Source: Ruditapes philippinarum
Taxonomy: Eukaryota
NCBI RefSeq assembly: GCF_026571515.1
Contig: NW_026860290.1
Coordinates: forward strand, 248,001-312,000
Length of the DNA stretch: 64,000 bases
Reading direction: 5' to 3'
The position numbers and the translations under genes are program-made. Under the pieces are notes generated by a model that had not been told where the DNA came from, did no database searches, and worked only from the letters and a program-made list of their open reading frames with translations. This document shows positions 1-15,200 of this stretch, one piece after another (position 1 is the first letter of the stretch; each line of letters starts with the position of its first letter).

Positions 1-1424
1 GAAGTTTCTAAATTCAAAATTTCACCATATCATGTTTAAATGTTGAGTTCTTCTTAAGGCGGTGCTAGGTAGGGTGGCTTGGAAGATAAATTATAACTTT
101 GAAATAGTTCCTTCATGGAAGACAGATGACGTTTTTATATTAATAATGTGTAATGCTTTTAGTTATTTTTAATGATCATTTAGATTGATATACTCTTATA
201 TAATAATATGTTTTAATTTTGTTATATAAACAGTAAGTGAAATAAGTTATATCTCAGTCTTAAGCATATCATTTATTAAACTTACTGAATATATCTACCA
301 CCCCTTTTCCTATTCCGCTACAACCTCCGGTGGCTATCACAACCTTGTCTTTAAAACGTAATCCATCTTCCATACTTGCCTGTATTAATTCGATACGAGA
401 TAACTTATACCTCCACTCTCAATTTTCAAATGGTTTTCTTTGTTTAGTTTACACTGTCCATTACAAATGTAATACATTGAACGAGATACATGTATCTTCA
501 GGTTTAAATGATTCATATCTTTAACTGGTTTTGAATTACAGTTGAGTGTGAGTTGACTTCACTTATAACGAACTCGCCTATAACGAATTATCGTTAATAG
601 CGAACACTAAATTTTAAACCCCGGCCGATTCCTTCTTGGTTTTTCTATTAAATCACATTGCTTAATAGTATTCGCTTAAAACTAATTTTCGGCTATTGTG
701 AACCATTTTTTTCAAGTCCTAAATGGCGAAAATTTATATTTCGTCGGTTAAAACAAACTGTTATAATTGGAAATATTGGGATGCGCTCGATCAAAGATCA
801 GTCCATATAATCCCGTACCGCTATCCGATAATTATTCAATCAGGTGACTGCACAGATTAGTTATGGCTTCAGGGAATAAAAAAAATGATAAAATGTTCTC
901 ACAAAATATTGCAATGTAATTGCTTCGCTCGAATCCAATAACTTTGTGACATTAAAGTGTAAAAATGGCAACAACGCCATAAAACTGGAATAACACGTAA
1001 AATGTATTACATGTATCACTTCTTTCGATTATTTTGTTTACAAATATTCTTCTTGATAAATGAGCGTATGGGGCACGGACAGCGCGCGGGATCAGTACAT
1101 TCTATCCTATGATTACAAAGCTGTGGACTTTTTCACTTCCAATCTTACCCATAATATTCACAACAACCACTCATCCTCCTTTTTTGATGCCATTTTACTA
1201 GTTATACTGTCGACCTCTTTGTCGGCATACACCATCTTTGTTCTCACAAACAAGACATTTTTAACGAAAACCTAATAACAAACCTATTTCCGTATCAGTT
1301 TCTCAACCTATCTGGTTATATTTATCCTAGTACAGATGGACCAGTCCATTCAACTTATCCTTTATTTCTTTCATTTTCTTTCTCCTCATCACAACGAGAA
1401 ATCACTATTTGCCTTCTCAAGCTT

Positions 1425-3320
1425 ATGCATTTAAATGTCCAAATCATGAAGCAAAAGCAAGACTCCCTTTAGGCAGAGGTGGACATAATGATATTTTCTT
1501 GTTTACAGAAACTTGGCTTTTTCACATCGGATGAAGACCCAAGAATTCATAAACTTTGTCCTCCCTTTTGATCTACATGTAAGAATTAATAGCGATGTAG
1601 CAATCTCTTGGAGATTAGCTAAACGCTGTCTTTAGACAAGATTTAAATATTTACAGATCGAACCAATTTGGGTAGAGATCATCATTCACACGAAATACTT
1701 CTTATCAGTGTATTAAAATGGTATTTGACTCTAGCAATGAATGCTGGCAACTCTAAGAAAAATGTTATCTGTACACACTGATAATACAATACTTTCAGGT
1801 GACTTCTAAATCAAAATTAATCTCACTTCTAAGTCTCAAATAAAGTTACTAGACTTATGCGTATTTTATTGCATACCAGTTTATCATTATCTCCGGTGCA
1901 CTTCCGTGAACAATCTTATTCCTTAATAGACCTTATATTTGTCAATCAAAATGTTATAACTACCATCGTAGACAACCATTTTTACTCCTAATCTAACACA
2001 TTGTCTTTCTTCTGCAGTAAAACAATTAAGCTTAAAACAGAACAATATTTAGAGAATATTTGACTATATGATAAAGGGGATGGCGACGTATTCAAGGGAA
2101 AATCACAAAATAGAAAAAATAAGAATCCCTTAAGAAAGTTCAAAATGGCAAAAAATTGAAAATGTTGCAAGCTCGGTTTGATTGAGCCTATTCATTGACG
2201 GAATTTTCAAATGCAAACTACCGTACACGCGCCCTATCATCGGCTCAATCAGAATTAAACATTTAAACATGAAAATGGTGCAATTCTGAGTTAAGAAAGT
2301 TATGAAACATTCGCAGATGTGTTCATAAGGCGGTTATCATGGAACCATCAATCTAGCTATATGATTCAGCCGAGGTTTTATCTACCAAATATTAAACATT
2401 CCAAACTAAGAATGTGATAATAAGACCAACTTACATCCCTAAGTTGAATAACATTATCAGGAAACAAATTAGGAAAACAGCATACTGTTCGCAAACAAAC
2501 CAAATAAAATAAATAAATTCTGATTTTCATAGGTCAAAATTAAGAAATATGCACTTAGAAAACTATTTAAAAAAACAATATATCAAAAACATTGATAGAA
2601 AAATACCTTAAAATAACATATAAACTAAAGAAAGATACTAATGTAGCAAACTAGCAAACAAATAGCATGCAAGCACTCCACAAATTCAATACCTATGTTA
2701 AATCACAACACTATCATTGCAACGTCGGATCAAGACAAAAAAGAACTTCTTTATGAATATATTAGTCCACAGCCAAAAGGGCCTGATAAGGAATCAACAT
2801 AGAAACAAATATACCAGTCAAAGCTTACATTAGCATTGCGCCACAGTGTGGACTTGACTCTATATCTTCAATAGATACCACAAAAGCAAGTGGCCCTTAC
2901 CATGTAAGTCCTCAACTTCTTCAAGAAGCTGCAGTCGTCTTATCTAGTCCACTCGCTGTGTATTTTAACAAAAATATTAGTTATTCTTCTTTTCTTCAGT
3001 TTATAAACTCCCTAATGCAACTTTTAGTACTTTAGAGAAATCTGACCCATCCTACCCTGAATATTACCGTAATATCAGGAAAACTGATGGAAAGATTTGT
3101 TCATAAGAATTTGTAAAATGACCATGTCTCTATTATTTGCTTTCCCATCACCAATCAGGTTTATTAATATGTGACTCCACATTTAATTAATTAGTTTCAC
3201 TGTACAACGAAATGTGTCAAGCCCTTTGAGAAAGCTAAGAGAGTCATGGCTGTACTATGCGAAACCACAAAGGCATTTGATAACGTTTTGCATCATGGTC
3301 ATCTCCAGAAAATATAATCA
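1425..3320 (+). mobile_element. Degenerate LINE (CR1/L2-like) ORF2 remnant: AP endonuclease and RT N-terminal part
   Basis: Frameshifted fragments translate to LINE motifs: HLNVQ and DIFLFTETWL (endonuclease, ~1430-1520), KASGPYHVSPQLLQEAAVVLSSPLA (~2884), KSDPSYPEYYR (NYRPIS-like, ~3040), HQSG..DST, and VLCETTKAFDNVLHHG (D.SKAFD.V.H-like, ~3250). Boundaries are approximate. Confidence 0.75.
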
Positions 3321-4149
3321 TGAATAACTTTAAAACGTATGTATTTTAACTTAAATCCGCCCACTTTTTTTGAATATGTTGAATGTGGGACAACTTAACC
3401 GACGAACTAAATAAAATATAATCCTTTGAATGAAACAGCAAGACTAGTAACAGTCGCTTCCAAACTGTGTAACATATTGAAAATAGAGAAAATAGGAATT
3501 CCTAAAGAACGTCCAACACAGCAAATTATTACAATATGCGAAAACAAAAGATGATGAATTCACATAAAGGATAGTATCCAATATATAAGGGCATAAACCA
3601 CTATCGGTGGTAAGCTAGCTTTTCATCGACAGGGTTTGTGTGCCTTCAAAACGTTACATTATCATAAAAAAAATGTGCTGAATTTGAAACAATTTGCAAT
3701 AGACTGATTTAGTAAAAGTAGTGTTTTGACTTTCACACAAACTATTAAATCATTATAACCGTCCTTGCTGTGCCGAAATATCAAGACGCAAAATAAAGTA
3801 CATCTACATGACCCATGAACATCGGTTTGGCATTAAAAATATGGGCTCTTTTATATTTAATAAAATTTAATGCTTGTAAACATAACATAACATGTTATAT
3901 CATGATTTTGTTGTTTTTATAGAAAAAAGTCATTGCTTTTGCCTTTTAAAAGAATGCATTATTTATGGGAGAGAATATTCATTGTAAAGCATTTGTTTCA
4001 ATGTTTAATCGTAACAAATTTTATCAGATATCACAGATATGTGTTAAGATAACAAAGCAAGTCCTGTAAAATACAATATTCTGTAAAATATTGCAAAACG
4101 TTTATCACAATAATGAATTATCTTCACAAAAACGGTATAAACTGTCGTT

Positions 4150-7100
4150 TCATTTTACTCCGTATCCTATTTCATTTCCCGCCGAACACATGAGCACTTC
4201 ACCAGTTGTAAAAGTTGCATCCACAGCTAAAAATAGGCATGCCTTGCCAATTTCCTTAGGATCAGCTATTCTTTTTAAGTGCTAGAAATAGATATAAATG
4301 TCAATTTAATATGATCAGAAAGTCTCCAGATGAATTGCAAGTGAATGTTCTTAAAGATAGTTAACGTGGAAAACCATGGGCTTAGTTCATTCACCATTTT
4401 TATATATGATCAACTTATGAATAAATGAAGCAATGATGATGTGTGTCATATCATAAATGACATGTTTCATAGTCCACTTAATAAGCATACAACACACGGT
4501 CGGCGTGGATGTGTCGGCGGAGGGGGGCAAGTCCTGTGAACGTTGCATTTGCCTTGTTGATCTTTATTCTCGTTTTTGTTTAATTAAGTTACATAAGAAT
4601 TGCTTATTATTTAATAAGTCAAAAGTTTGACACTCCTGGCATTCATAAACTATATTTCGACATAAACAAAGTTCGCATTATTTAATTTTGTCTGTACCAG
4701 TACGTATTTTGCAAATGATTAGGCATTTTTAAAACTGTTCATCGTTTTAACATTTGACTCTTTTATCTACAGCACTAGATAAAATGGACATTTTAATCTG
4801 TACCAGTAAACATTTTTCAGTGACAAACTTTTTACACTCGACTCTTTCATTTACTTCTTAAAGTATTTCTCTACAAACTTAATTTCTTGGCATTACAGTA
4901 CAATGTATCAAAAAAATAAAAATGTAAATTACAATGTAACAGTCTTACATTTGACTCTATCATCGCTTTAGTTATTCCTTCAACATCACCAGCTTTCTCC
5001 ATGACGTCTCTTAGCATTGGAGTATCTACTGGACCTGGTGCTATCCTGTAGAAAAGAAAAAATTGCATTTAAATGTTATCTAAAATTGCTTTTTCCACCT
5101 TAAACGGTATTTATGTTGGGTATGTGATAAAATAGACTATTAAACTCGTGTACGTTCATCACTGAATTTATTGAACTCGATAAATAAAATAATATTATAC
5201 TCGCCAGAGGCTCACATAATATATATATTTATTCATATCGTGCAATCAATTAAGAATTGAACTAAAACTCCTTCAATATCCTCTATTTGCTCTATTTTAA
5301 AAGGTCATAGCTGTACCTAAATCACTTAAGAAGATCGGCAGAATCACTGACTGTCAAAACAGAAGATCTAATTTTCTTAAGTTATCCATTACAATCTTTC
5401 CAAATTGAGCTTCATAAAAAAATTAACCTTGCTTTAATACTTTCAATTACACACTTAATCTCATACCAAACACAAGGAAATCGACTTTGTTTATTTATTT
5501 ATTTATTTATTCATAACAGGAATCTGATCAAGCTTTACTTATTGATTAACATTTGCGACAATACACGCAAGTTTGAATTTAAAAAATATACGCACGCATT
5601 TACTCGGACTCCATGCATAGCTTCATCAATTGCAAGAGCCTTTGTCAGTGAAATTATTCCACCCTGCATATAGAAAACAGTATACCATTAGCATATTGAG
5701 TATTGGATTCTGCTTAAGCCGGTGCTAAATGGTCATGCAATATTTCAGTTTTTGACGTTTTGAGCGTTTTTTTTGCGGATTCCTTTTTTTCTCTGTTTTA
5801 TTTATGTGATACTTAAAAAGGTACATTGCATTACTGTAAAATCTGATTAACTTGTAAATGGATTTTAATTTGATAGTTTTTAAAATGTAAGAAATAGTAT
5901 ACCTGCGATTTCTTTGTAATTAGATCAATACACTGATTTTCACACTATGATAAATGTTTTGAGGTACGTGATTCGGATAGTAAACCACCAGAAATTGTAA
6001 ACCAAAATTGGTATATTATTCTATGTCATAGTTAATAAATGAATTAGTTTTAGCTTCCGCGGTATAACAGTTCAGCTTGCCCCACTATGTTCAATAAAAT
6101 TCGTTTCCTTCCAGCTGTGGAAGGACTGTTCGAAACTTAGTTTACTTACTTTAGAAGCGCAGTACGTAGGACTGGCGGCATTGGCAATGACACCGCTTAT
6201 ACTTGCAATGTTCACAATGTTTCCTTTTGTCTTACGTAAATAAGGAAGTGCATACTGTAATGATAAGCTGATATAATAAATATAATATGGTGTGAATAAA
6301 TCAATATAATACTGTGTAAATAAATCATAAATCATTTACCTCTTTCCGAATTTTGCGAGATATACAATCAATATAACATAAGTTTTTTTATTCAGAATCA
6401 AAGTCGATTGTGTAGGAAGCTATAAGCTTATAGAAAAACTTTTGAATCTGTTCCTGAAAACAACTAGTACAGAACAATGAGTATAAAGTTTCTTGCTAAA
6501 GGAAACAAAGGCTTGCTCCTGAAAGAGCTTCATTGTGCCTATTTCAATTTCAAAATAAATGTAGAAAACCAATTTAATAATAATTATGTATATTAAAATA
6601 ATTCGAATAAAATGCTGAATGCACTTATAAATCAATATCCTGACTCAATATTACAACATGTAAAGTATAAGACATTATTCCTACATTTTGTGTGTGGGTG
6701 TGGGGGCAGGGTGTTTCAGGTGCATACTGGTATACTGAAATGATATGTTTATATAGATTACATACATTTCAAATCCATTTGTTTGCAACAAGATTATGCA
6801 CGAGACATTTTGTTATTCATCATCATGAGCTTGTAATGTAAATCAATGTACATGTCGTTAATCACAACATATTGTAAAGCACTGTAATGTGGCATTTATT
6901 TTTATTATCAGTTAAATGTCTGGTTAATGTCAATTTAGATATAATTGTGCTTGAAATTGATGTGATATATTAAAGTTAAAAGCACATAAAGCCTCAGAAA
7001 TGAATATTTGAGCCGTGTCATGACAAAACCAACATAATGGGTTTGCGACCAGCATGGATCCAGACCAGCCTGCGCATTCGCGCAGTCTGATCAGGATCCA

Positions 7101-10063
7101 TGCTGTTCGCTATCAGTTTCTCTACTTGTAATAGGGTTTGTAAGCGAACAGCATGGATCCTGATTCTGATCAGACTGTCTGGATCCATGCTGGTCGCAAA
7201 CCCATTATGTTGGTTTTGTCATGGCACAGCTCATTTCTTTCCGTTTTGTACAAACACCAGACATACCTTATATTATGTTTAAATAATTGATTTAGAAAAT
7301 ATAAGGTTCTTATCGCCCTTGCCTTGGAATATAACGCTGAGTGTGAAATAATCTGTGATAAGGAAAGCTAAATGTTTACCAAGTGGTATATCTGAGTACT
7401 AATTGTCAAAACGCATGAGATTGCTAAGCTATATGACCAATAAGTAACTTTTTATTACTTGTCACAGTAAAACAAAAAATAATTTTTACATTTTTCTTAA
7501 ATAAGTATTGCATTTTTAGCCGTTATGAGCCTTTAACATTAATACATGTATAATGTATATTCAGAAATTATGGAGTATGTAGTTTAATATATGTCATATG
7601 TTACACTGTTACACATTACCTTACTGGCGGTAAAATTTGCAATGAGATTTATGTTAAGAAGGTCCTTAAAATCGTGTATAGATATATCATCTATAAGACC
7701 AACACCTGGATCTGAAATGAGAAATATAAGCCTCATAATATCAATTATAAAAACAAATAAATTCATATACTGTAGTTACTAAGTCAGCTATCTTTCATTT
7801 CTTTCTTACGAACAACACTTCTAATAATTCATAGAGAAATTATCTTAATGATTAAAATCAAAAACAGACCAAATTTGGGTGGATTATTTTTTTCTGCATC
7901 GCCTTTTTTTGTTGATTTTTTTCTCCCAAATTCTATCTAGATATTTATAGGCTTTCAAAATGAAAACTACTAATACATGATTAGTAAATGATAATATAGG
8001 ACAAGTGACTGTATTTTAAGAATATATAAAGCCATGTTTAAATCTGACTTTGTATGATATACACTGATTCTGAAAGCAAAGAGTAAAAAAGAAAGAAAAC
8101 TTACGTCGTGCTACATTATTAACTAGACAATCAATTTTTCCAAATCTTTTAACAGACTCTTGAATTGCATTCTACAAAATAAATAAAGTCTTCAAGCGAT
8201 TTAACTTGCGATAGCATTAAAGATACAAAACTTAATTCTTGATTTATTTAAATCAAATCATGAAAGAAAAGATTCATTAGGCAATAATAGTTATTGTTGA
8301 AGTTAAGCAACGAACTAACTTTAACCTTAAATAAATATTTTCCATGTACATTCTAATAATACTGAGTCTTGCCTATTTGTAATGTCAACTTTTAATGGAT
8401 CAACGCGAAGTTTATATTTTATGTATTCACGGCCGTTATAAATTATATATTACATATGTACCTTTCTTTTTTCTTTTTTCTTTTTTTCAAAGAAAGAAAT
8501 TGCGCAGTATCATGAATTGAAAAACGGTTGTCTCGCTTACAACTGTTCATATAGAGCCATATAACTTGTCAAAAATATGTATAATTATAGTGTTCACATA
8601 CAATGTTGGCACACGTTAAAATGCCTGAATTAATGTGACGACTGTAATAAACTAGTCGTTATACTGACCACAGGTTGACTTTCATTCTTTTTACATCACA
8701 TGTTTTGCATTTGCTACTCTACTACTATTTGTTCAGGACAAATGATCCGTGAGTGACCTGAACACTGGACATAATCTTGCTCCCAGGACCCGAAGCCGCG
8801 AAAACGTATGTCAATAGACTTGTCACTTGCCAAAGAGAACAAATAAGTCATGCATTTATAGGACATGATCAATATACCTTTATATCTTCTTCACTCTGCA
8901 TATCACAATGCATGTAGACAAGTTGTCCGTTTCCATTACTGGACAATGCTTTTCCAACTTCATCTAAACAATTGAAATATAAAAAAATGATAACTGAAGA
9001 TTTAAAATAGTTGTTATACAATTTTGATTGAGTGTATGATTTAGTATCATACAAACTGTTACAACTAATAAGAAGTTTATACCAAAACTCAGTTTTGAAT
9101 TCTTCATAACCAAATTATGCGAGAAAACTTGCAATTCAGCATACTTGAATCTTTGTTATAATTCCTTAACTTTTATAATTCGGGGAAGTCACCAGAAGTT
9201 AATTACATCAACTAATCTTGTCGGAATGCATTAGGTGATGTAATATGCATGTGCACTTCTGGTCAAATCAGTTTAATGATAGCTTATCGTTGCAGTTATA
9301 ACACTAATTCTTATGTATTATATCATTATTACATGTTTTATTTTTTGCTTTATTGAATACTAACACCATATGTGACACTGGTTATATCTACATATGCAAA
9401 ATTTACCTACCGTCTATATCTAAAATAACTACTGTCCCTCCATTTTCAGCTATTAAATAAACCAAAGATAATCTATTAATTTATTTTACTTTTCATTCAT
9501 TACTCTATAAATATTTACTTTGTTCTCATTCTTCAATATTAACATTGAAGAAGTACTGTGATGACATGATTTATGAATCTTAAAAATGAACATGAATAGT
9601 TACTTCATGTATATTTACGTTTATGTAGAAAAATGTTTACTTTATGAAACTGATGTTAAGGATATACAGGGAAGGGCCCAACCCTTTTGTATGTTACGTA
9701 CATGTATTTATCTTGATGTAAAAGAATTGATATATATTTATGTATGCAATAAATTATTATCTAACTATAAATCATGAATCACAACCAACGTTAATATCCT
9801 ATATTTATGGCAATACTTGTTTTTTTTCTCTCTGATTTTGATGATATGTTTTATAACAAATGTTTTGTACATTATGTATATTTATGCATGCTCCGGTAAG
9901 AAAACATTCAAACTTATATATGAAAAACATGCGGAATAACTTTTCATTCTAGTAAACTACCAAAAATCTCGGCACATCCACGTCCTACTCCATGACATCC
10001 TCCCGTTACTATGGCAACCATATTTGAAAACCTAAATCCATTCCTGTCTTTGTAATCTGCCAT
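4150..10063 (-). CDS. HSD17B14: Short-chain dehydrogenase/reductase, HSD17B14 (L-fucose dehydrogenase)-like; 9 coding exons, 262 aa
   Basis: Exons 10063-9961, 9449-9411, 8963-8878, 8171-8105, 7711-7620, 6254-6150, 5663-5596, 5045-4949, 4281-4150, all GT-AG and in phase (789 nt). Motifs: VAIVTGGCHGVG, ILDID, CD, IDCLVNNVA, NIASI, YCASK, GVRVNAIAPGPVDTP. The C-terminal ATFTTGEVLMCSAGNEIGYGVK matches the HSD17B14 subfamily tail as recalled. The symbol means subfamily-like, not proven orthology. Confidence 0.9.
7009..7233. mobile_element. Palindromic MITE family A, copy 1 (SDR intron 5)
   Basis: TGAGCCGTGTCATGACAAAACCAACAT...ATGTTGGTTTTGTCATGGCACAGCTCA; long inverted arms. Confidence 0.85.
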
Positions 10064-12268
10064 TCTGAAAAGCGACACGTTGCATACAAAGAATCTATGA
10101 CACGTTGACCTCCAAATATAACAATATGACACGTGTATGAATATTCTTAAAAGGACACAAACCCTCAATAAATGAATAGATTTTTTTTACTGTAGAAAGG
10201 GTATACATGTGTACAACAACCAATTTAAAACATTTTTGTAACCTTTGAAGGAAAAAACATAGCTTCAAATTTAAGATAATAAAATGTTGTGCCATAGGTT
10301 ATAAAATGTACATAAAAACAACATTTTACAAATGACATCCATATAAAATACTAAATCACTATAACTGAAATCACTCGGCTTTATGGCCAATAAGTATCAT
10401 TATAACTCATAACCTATAAACAATTAATCATTTGTGAACCAAAAGTCACTGCAATGTTAAAAAATTAATTTAATATTTAAAAAATCAACTCCACCTTTGA
10501 TGCTTTTTGCACACAGTTCTTTTATGAAGGTAAGTACGGAGTAAGAAGATATTTATTTGCTGTACAATTACAAGTGATATTTAATCCGAAACTACATGAC
10601 AAAAGTCATGGTCATTTGTAATTGGGTCATAGGTATTCATGATAGCATAATCACATGTTGAAAACTTGATTATAAGAACAAACTTGACCATTAGATTAAA
10701 ACTTGCAAAACTTACAAATTGTTTGTATACGTACGATAACACATCCTTTATCTTGTTTTCACTATATACAAGAGGTCATGGAAGGGTTATATCGCTTTTT
10801 TTTTTCATTGATATTTAATTTACAGGAGTAGTTTTTGATTTTATTAACCTGTCAATTACTCACTGATCATAATAATACGGTAATGCACGAAATATATTAA
10901 TCTGCGATAGATTTTCGGTAATTTTCGTTTGATTTTCGCAGTCAGGTGTGTTTATTTTTATTTATTTTTTATTTTTTTTTTTATTATTATTTTCATTTTT
11001 TTTTTTTGCTTTGCTTTTTTGTGTTTCAATGCCGTAAAACACAATATAAATCGAGCCAAAATAGCATGTCTAAGTTGCTATGTTGCTTAAAGACAATTTT
11101 GCAAGTTCTCGGCCATTTCCATTAAAATATAATGCAGAAAAACAGAAAGAGTAGGTCTATAACAATGGCAACAGTAGGGATCGAACCATAGATCTCTCAT
11201 ATATTAGGTCATTAATTTACAGAATGGATATTACGGTTGCGACATTAAGCTGGTGTGACTTTAATTCTTGTAAACAACACGGACAGAACCGAAGTAGTGT
11301 CGAATATTAAAATGAGTGCTATAATGTATTCATAATTGACAGGTCAATAAAATTAGACTAAACAACCAAGGACATTTAAATATTAGTATAAATGACCACA
11401 AACAATTATGAACACGAACAAGTGCGTGTCATGGTGATATATCGGTGTTGCGTGTAATTCACACAGGCGTGATGATGCCATGTGGTTTTTAGAAGCGGCT
11501 TTTATTCGAACATATGTTAATAGCTCAACATCTTTAACAAATAAAATTTTGTATATCCCATTTTATTCCAATATGTATGTTACGAGTACTTTATTGTTTC
11601 AATGCAATTGGCAGCGAAACTTTAAAATTCATTTACATGCAAGCCGCCGCGAATAAGTTAAATTTTATAACTTATTGCAACTTTTCAATACATATATACA
11701 TAATAATAAAATGAATGATACAAAAATAAATATTCATACAAATGCAGTGCAAATGGATCGGGCTGCAAGCTGTAAGCCCTCTGCACCAAGTAAAAGTTTT
11801 ATATCATGTTTATTATGGTACATCTTCAACAATTAATTACATTTTTTTAAAAAATACTGAAGTTTAAAGATGAGAAATGCTTTTTGAGAAATAGAAAATT
11901 TAATCATTTATGAAGATAAAGACTGATAAAATACCGGCGTAAATAACGCAATACAAACCATTTACTTCGTCAGATGTTTAAATGTGCAGATGTCGTTAGG
12001 TCATCGCCAAATTTACGAGGGTCTCGTCATTTAAACTTATAATTTTGACTTTATAACTATTTGGGCTTATAATTCTGTCTAAATCCTTTGTACTTGTCAT
12101 AACATGTACTTCTAAATTTGCTAACACGTTACCAAACTGACAATAACTACTAGAAACAAGACTATTTTGACTTATCATTAAACAAATAAAACCCCTCGGA
12201 TAGCCTCCGCTTGTCACGTATTAACGTTCAATACATTCAACTCAAAGTACCTAGCACAAAGATAAATA

Positions 12269-15200
12269 ATGAAACGTTTAAGGTATGCAGTTGTATCCAT
12301 AGTGTGCTTGATTTCGGGAGTTTTAATATTATTGTCGTCTGTTTATAAAAATAAACAATCAGACGACTATCAGGTGAGTGCTGTTGTTTAAAGTTTATGA
12401 TTAAAATCTCTAATAATTTGAAATTTATTTATATTCATATCACCAACGAAATGAGAATCATTTTTTCCTGATTTGCATACAACACGGTACATATCCTTAA
12501 GTAGTGAATCAGGTTCATTTCTGTATAAAACAATATGGAATTGTACTACTGGAGAGCCGTTTGGTGACCAGCAACGTAGTCTTTTCAAAGTATATTCCGG
12601 TATGTGTTTTCATTCTGTTGTGTTGTCATACAAAAACAGGACTATCTATTTAGCTTGTTTGTCTGATATAGATATATTTTCATATCATACATTGCATAAA
12701 TTATCGAAAATGATAAAAAACATGAAATAATGAATAAATAAGTAAAGTAGGTAAGATCTTTACGCTGGTGGCTACCCAGCACCTCGCACATGCTAGGTTG
12801 TCGTAATTTCAACACCACTCTTATGTCTAAGGAAAGGCAATCATTGCTTGACGCGATTGTTTGTCCATATATAATGTTCTTTAGCTGTTATCTGTTACGT
12901 GAATCGATATATCTATATGTTTCGGACAAAGATCGTTTCCTTTAAAAAAAACTTTAAAAAACGTACATTATTTCAAATAAAGGACGTTACTAAAGATTCA
13001 ACGGTTCATCTTTATCTCTAACCATAGACGATAAAATAAACACGAGTCACTTGACTTTAAGATAAAAACAACCGGGAAGTAGCTACAATACTCTGTTTTG
13101 GGGCATTGGGAATGAGAAGTTCGGACTTTTTTACATAACATTACTGTCAGATTTCTAAATTATAAATCTGTGGTCTAGATCTCTAGCGAAATACCATTTA
13201 TGTCGTCCAATGCCATGACAGTTCCCCATAACAATCTCATTTGTATATTGTTTTTACCGTCATTATACCAGTTGAATTAATAGTGTTACATAGCAAGATG
13301 TAAAAAAGTAAAAGACTTGATGGTTTCTCAAATATTTCGGTAAAGACAGATATGTGTTATCAGTTTGAAAGTTGAATATAGCAATGTCCTTCAGTAGGTC
13401 ATGGACGATTTAAACATCTTCAGAAAAACTGCTAATGTCTTACCATTGTGATACGTTGAAAAGCAACAATTTATGTTGTAAATATGGGTTTTATTTTTTA
13501 TGTAAGAAATTACTGTTGTTAACTCTTTCCAAGAGCCAATTTAGAATTTTAGAAGAAACAAATACATTCCAAATTTTAGCTAAGTTCTTTTAAATGAAAT
13601 AATTACGTCTGCAAAGGAACTTTAAGTGGTAATGGGGAGGAGGGGGTCTGATTAAACGAGAAAGTAAAATGACCCAATCGGAAATGCTCGACGATTATTT
13701 ATAATAATTCCAGACCTAATACGGATTGAATGTTTAGTTCTACCACGTGGTCAAAAACAGAGAGTGTGAGTTTATATGTTTGACATCAAAGGAAAAAAGT
13801 TTATTTCGATAGAAGTATGTTGAGACAATCATTAATCTATTTAAAAACGGTCATGACTAAATCCAACAGGTATATATTTGTTACTTTCGGCGTCTACAAC
13901 CAGAATAATATGTATATAATTACTGTTAACATTTATATCTTTTCTTAATTTAGGTGGACTGTTACTAACTTCCAACATTAAGTTAATATTTGTTTACATT
14001 ACTGATCTAAACATATTTGTATATATTTGTATCAGTATATTATCATAATATCAATACAAATTAAGCAAAAGGATTGAACCACGAGTTCTTACAACATTTC
14101 AGATAGTTTCTTAGCGTAAGTTAGACCGAAATGCCGTATTGTTTCCGGAATGTAACAGAAAGGACAGAGAAGACGCAATTGTATCTCGAGACATTGCAAA
14201 TATCACGTGACATGTTTTTTGACGTGTTTACACCAATAATTATTAGTTTGCTCTCTAACATATCATTTTTTATGACGGTCGTCGTTGTACAAGGAAATCA
14301 TTCGGGATTTTCATGATACGTGTTTCCAATAAGCTTAAAAAATGATACGAAAATTGGCCATATTCGAACTTTTCATTTTTTTTTCTCATAGATCGGAGAT
14401 GACATCCATGAATGTGAGAAATATGAGATTATTTGTTTCTGCTCATTATTTTCGTTAATTGATTAAACAGTATCTTATTAACAAAATAGTAAATAAATTT
14501 TAAATATATACAAATACCATGTTATTATTTCTTACTGATTTTGGAAATGGATATAAAAATAAATATTAAATTACATGTATATGAGCCGCGTCACGACAAA
14601 ACCAACATAATGGGTTTGCGACCAGCATGGATCAAGACTAGTCTGATCTGGATCCATGCTGTTCGCTATTAGTTTCTTTACTTGTAATAGAGTTGGTAAG
14701 CGAACAGCATGGATCCTGATCAGACCATTATGTTGGTTTTATGTGACGCGGCTCATATATTCATTCATCTCAGTTGTTGAAAGAAGAATTAGTAATGTAA
14801 AGTCAAGGACAAATACATATAATTATAATAAGCTATAAAGTTTTGCAGCTATACAGCAGTATCTCATGGTGTAAAATAACAAAGTATAGGATGTTGAAGA
14901 TTCTGAAATATTAACATGTCCTGTCGTAAAACGCCGAGTGTCGTCAAATTAAAAAAGTCTTGCACTAGGCCTAGTTAGAAAATAATTTTAGTATTTTCTT
15001 CTCAGTGTTGAAGTTTTAAGAGCTGTAAATGTGGCTTTGAAAATCATAAGACAAGGTAGGTTCGACAAGGGGGCTTGTATGTAAGTTTATAAAATAAACA
15101 AGTCAAAAGAGACCTACGCTGTTTCGAATTTCTTATTTACATATAAAAGTAATCGTCATGTACTAACACCCTTAAGGACTAATCCCTATAAATATTTGCC

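Noticed and set aside
538-770. TACAGT...TTATAACGAA-repeat segment resembling a Tc1/pogo-type MITE end
   Set aside because: Only one degenerate end is visible; no partner TIR or TSD.
11170-11240. tRNA-like B-box sequence (also ~14070 and ~30580)
   Set aside because: No complete cloverleaf; most likely decayed SINE heads.
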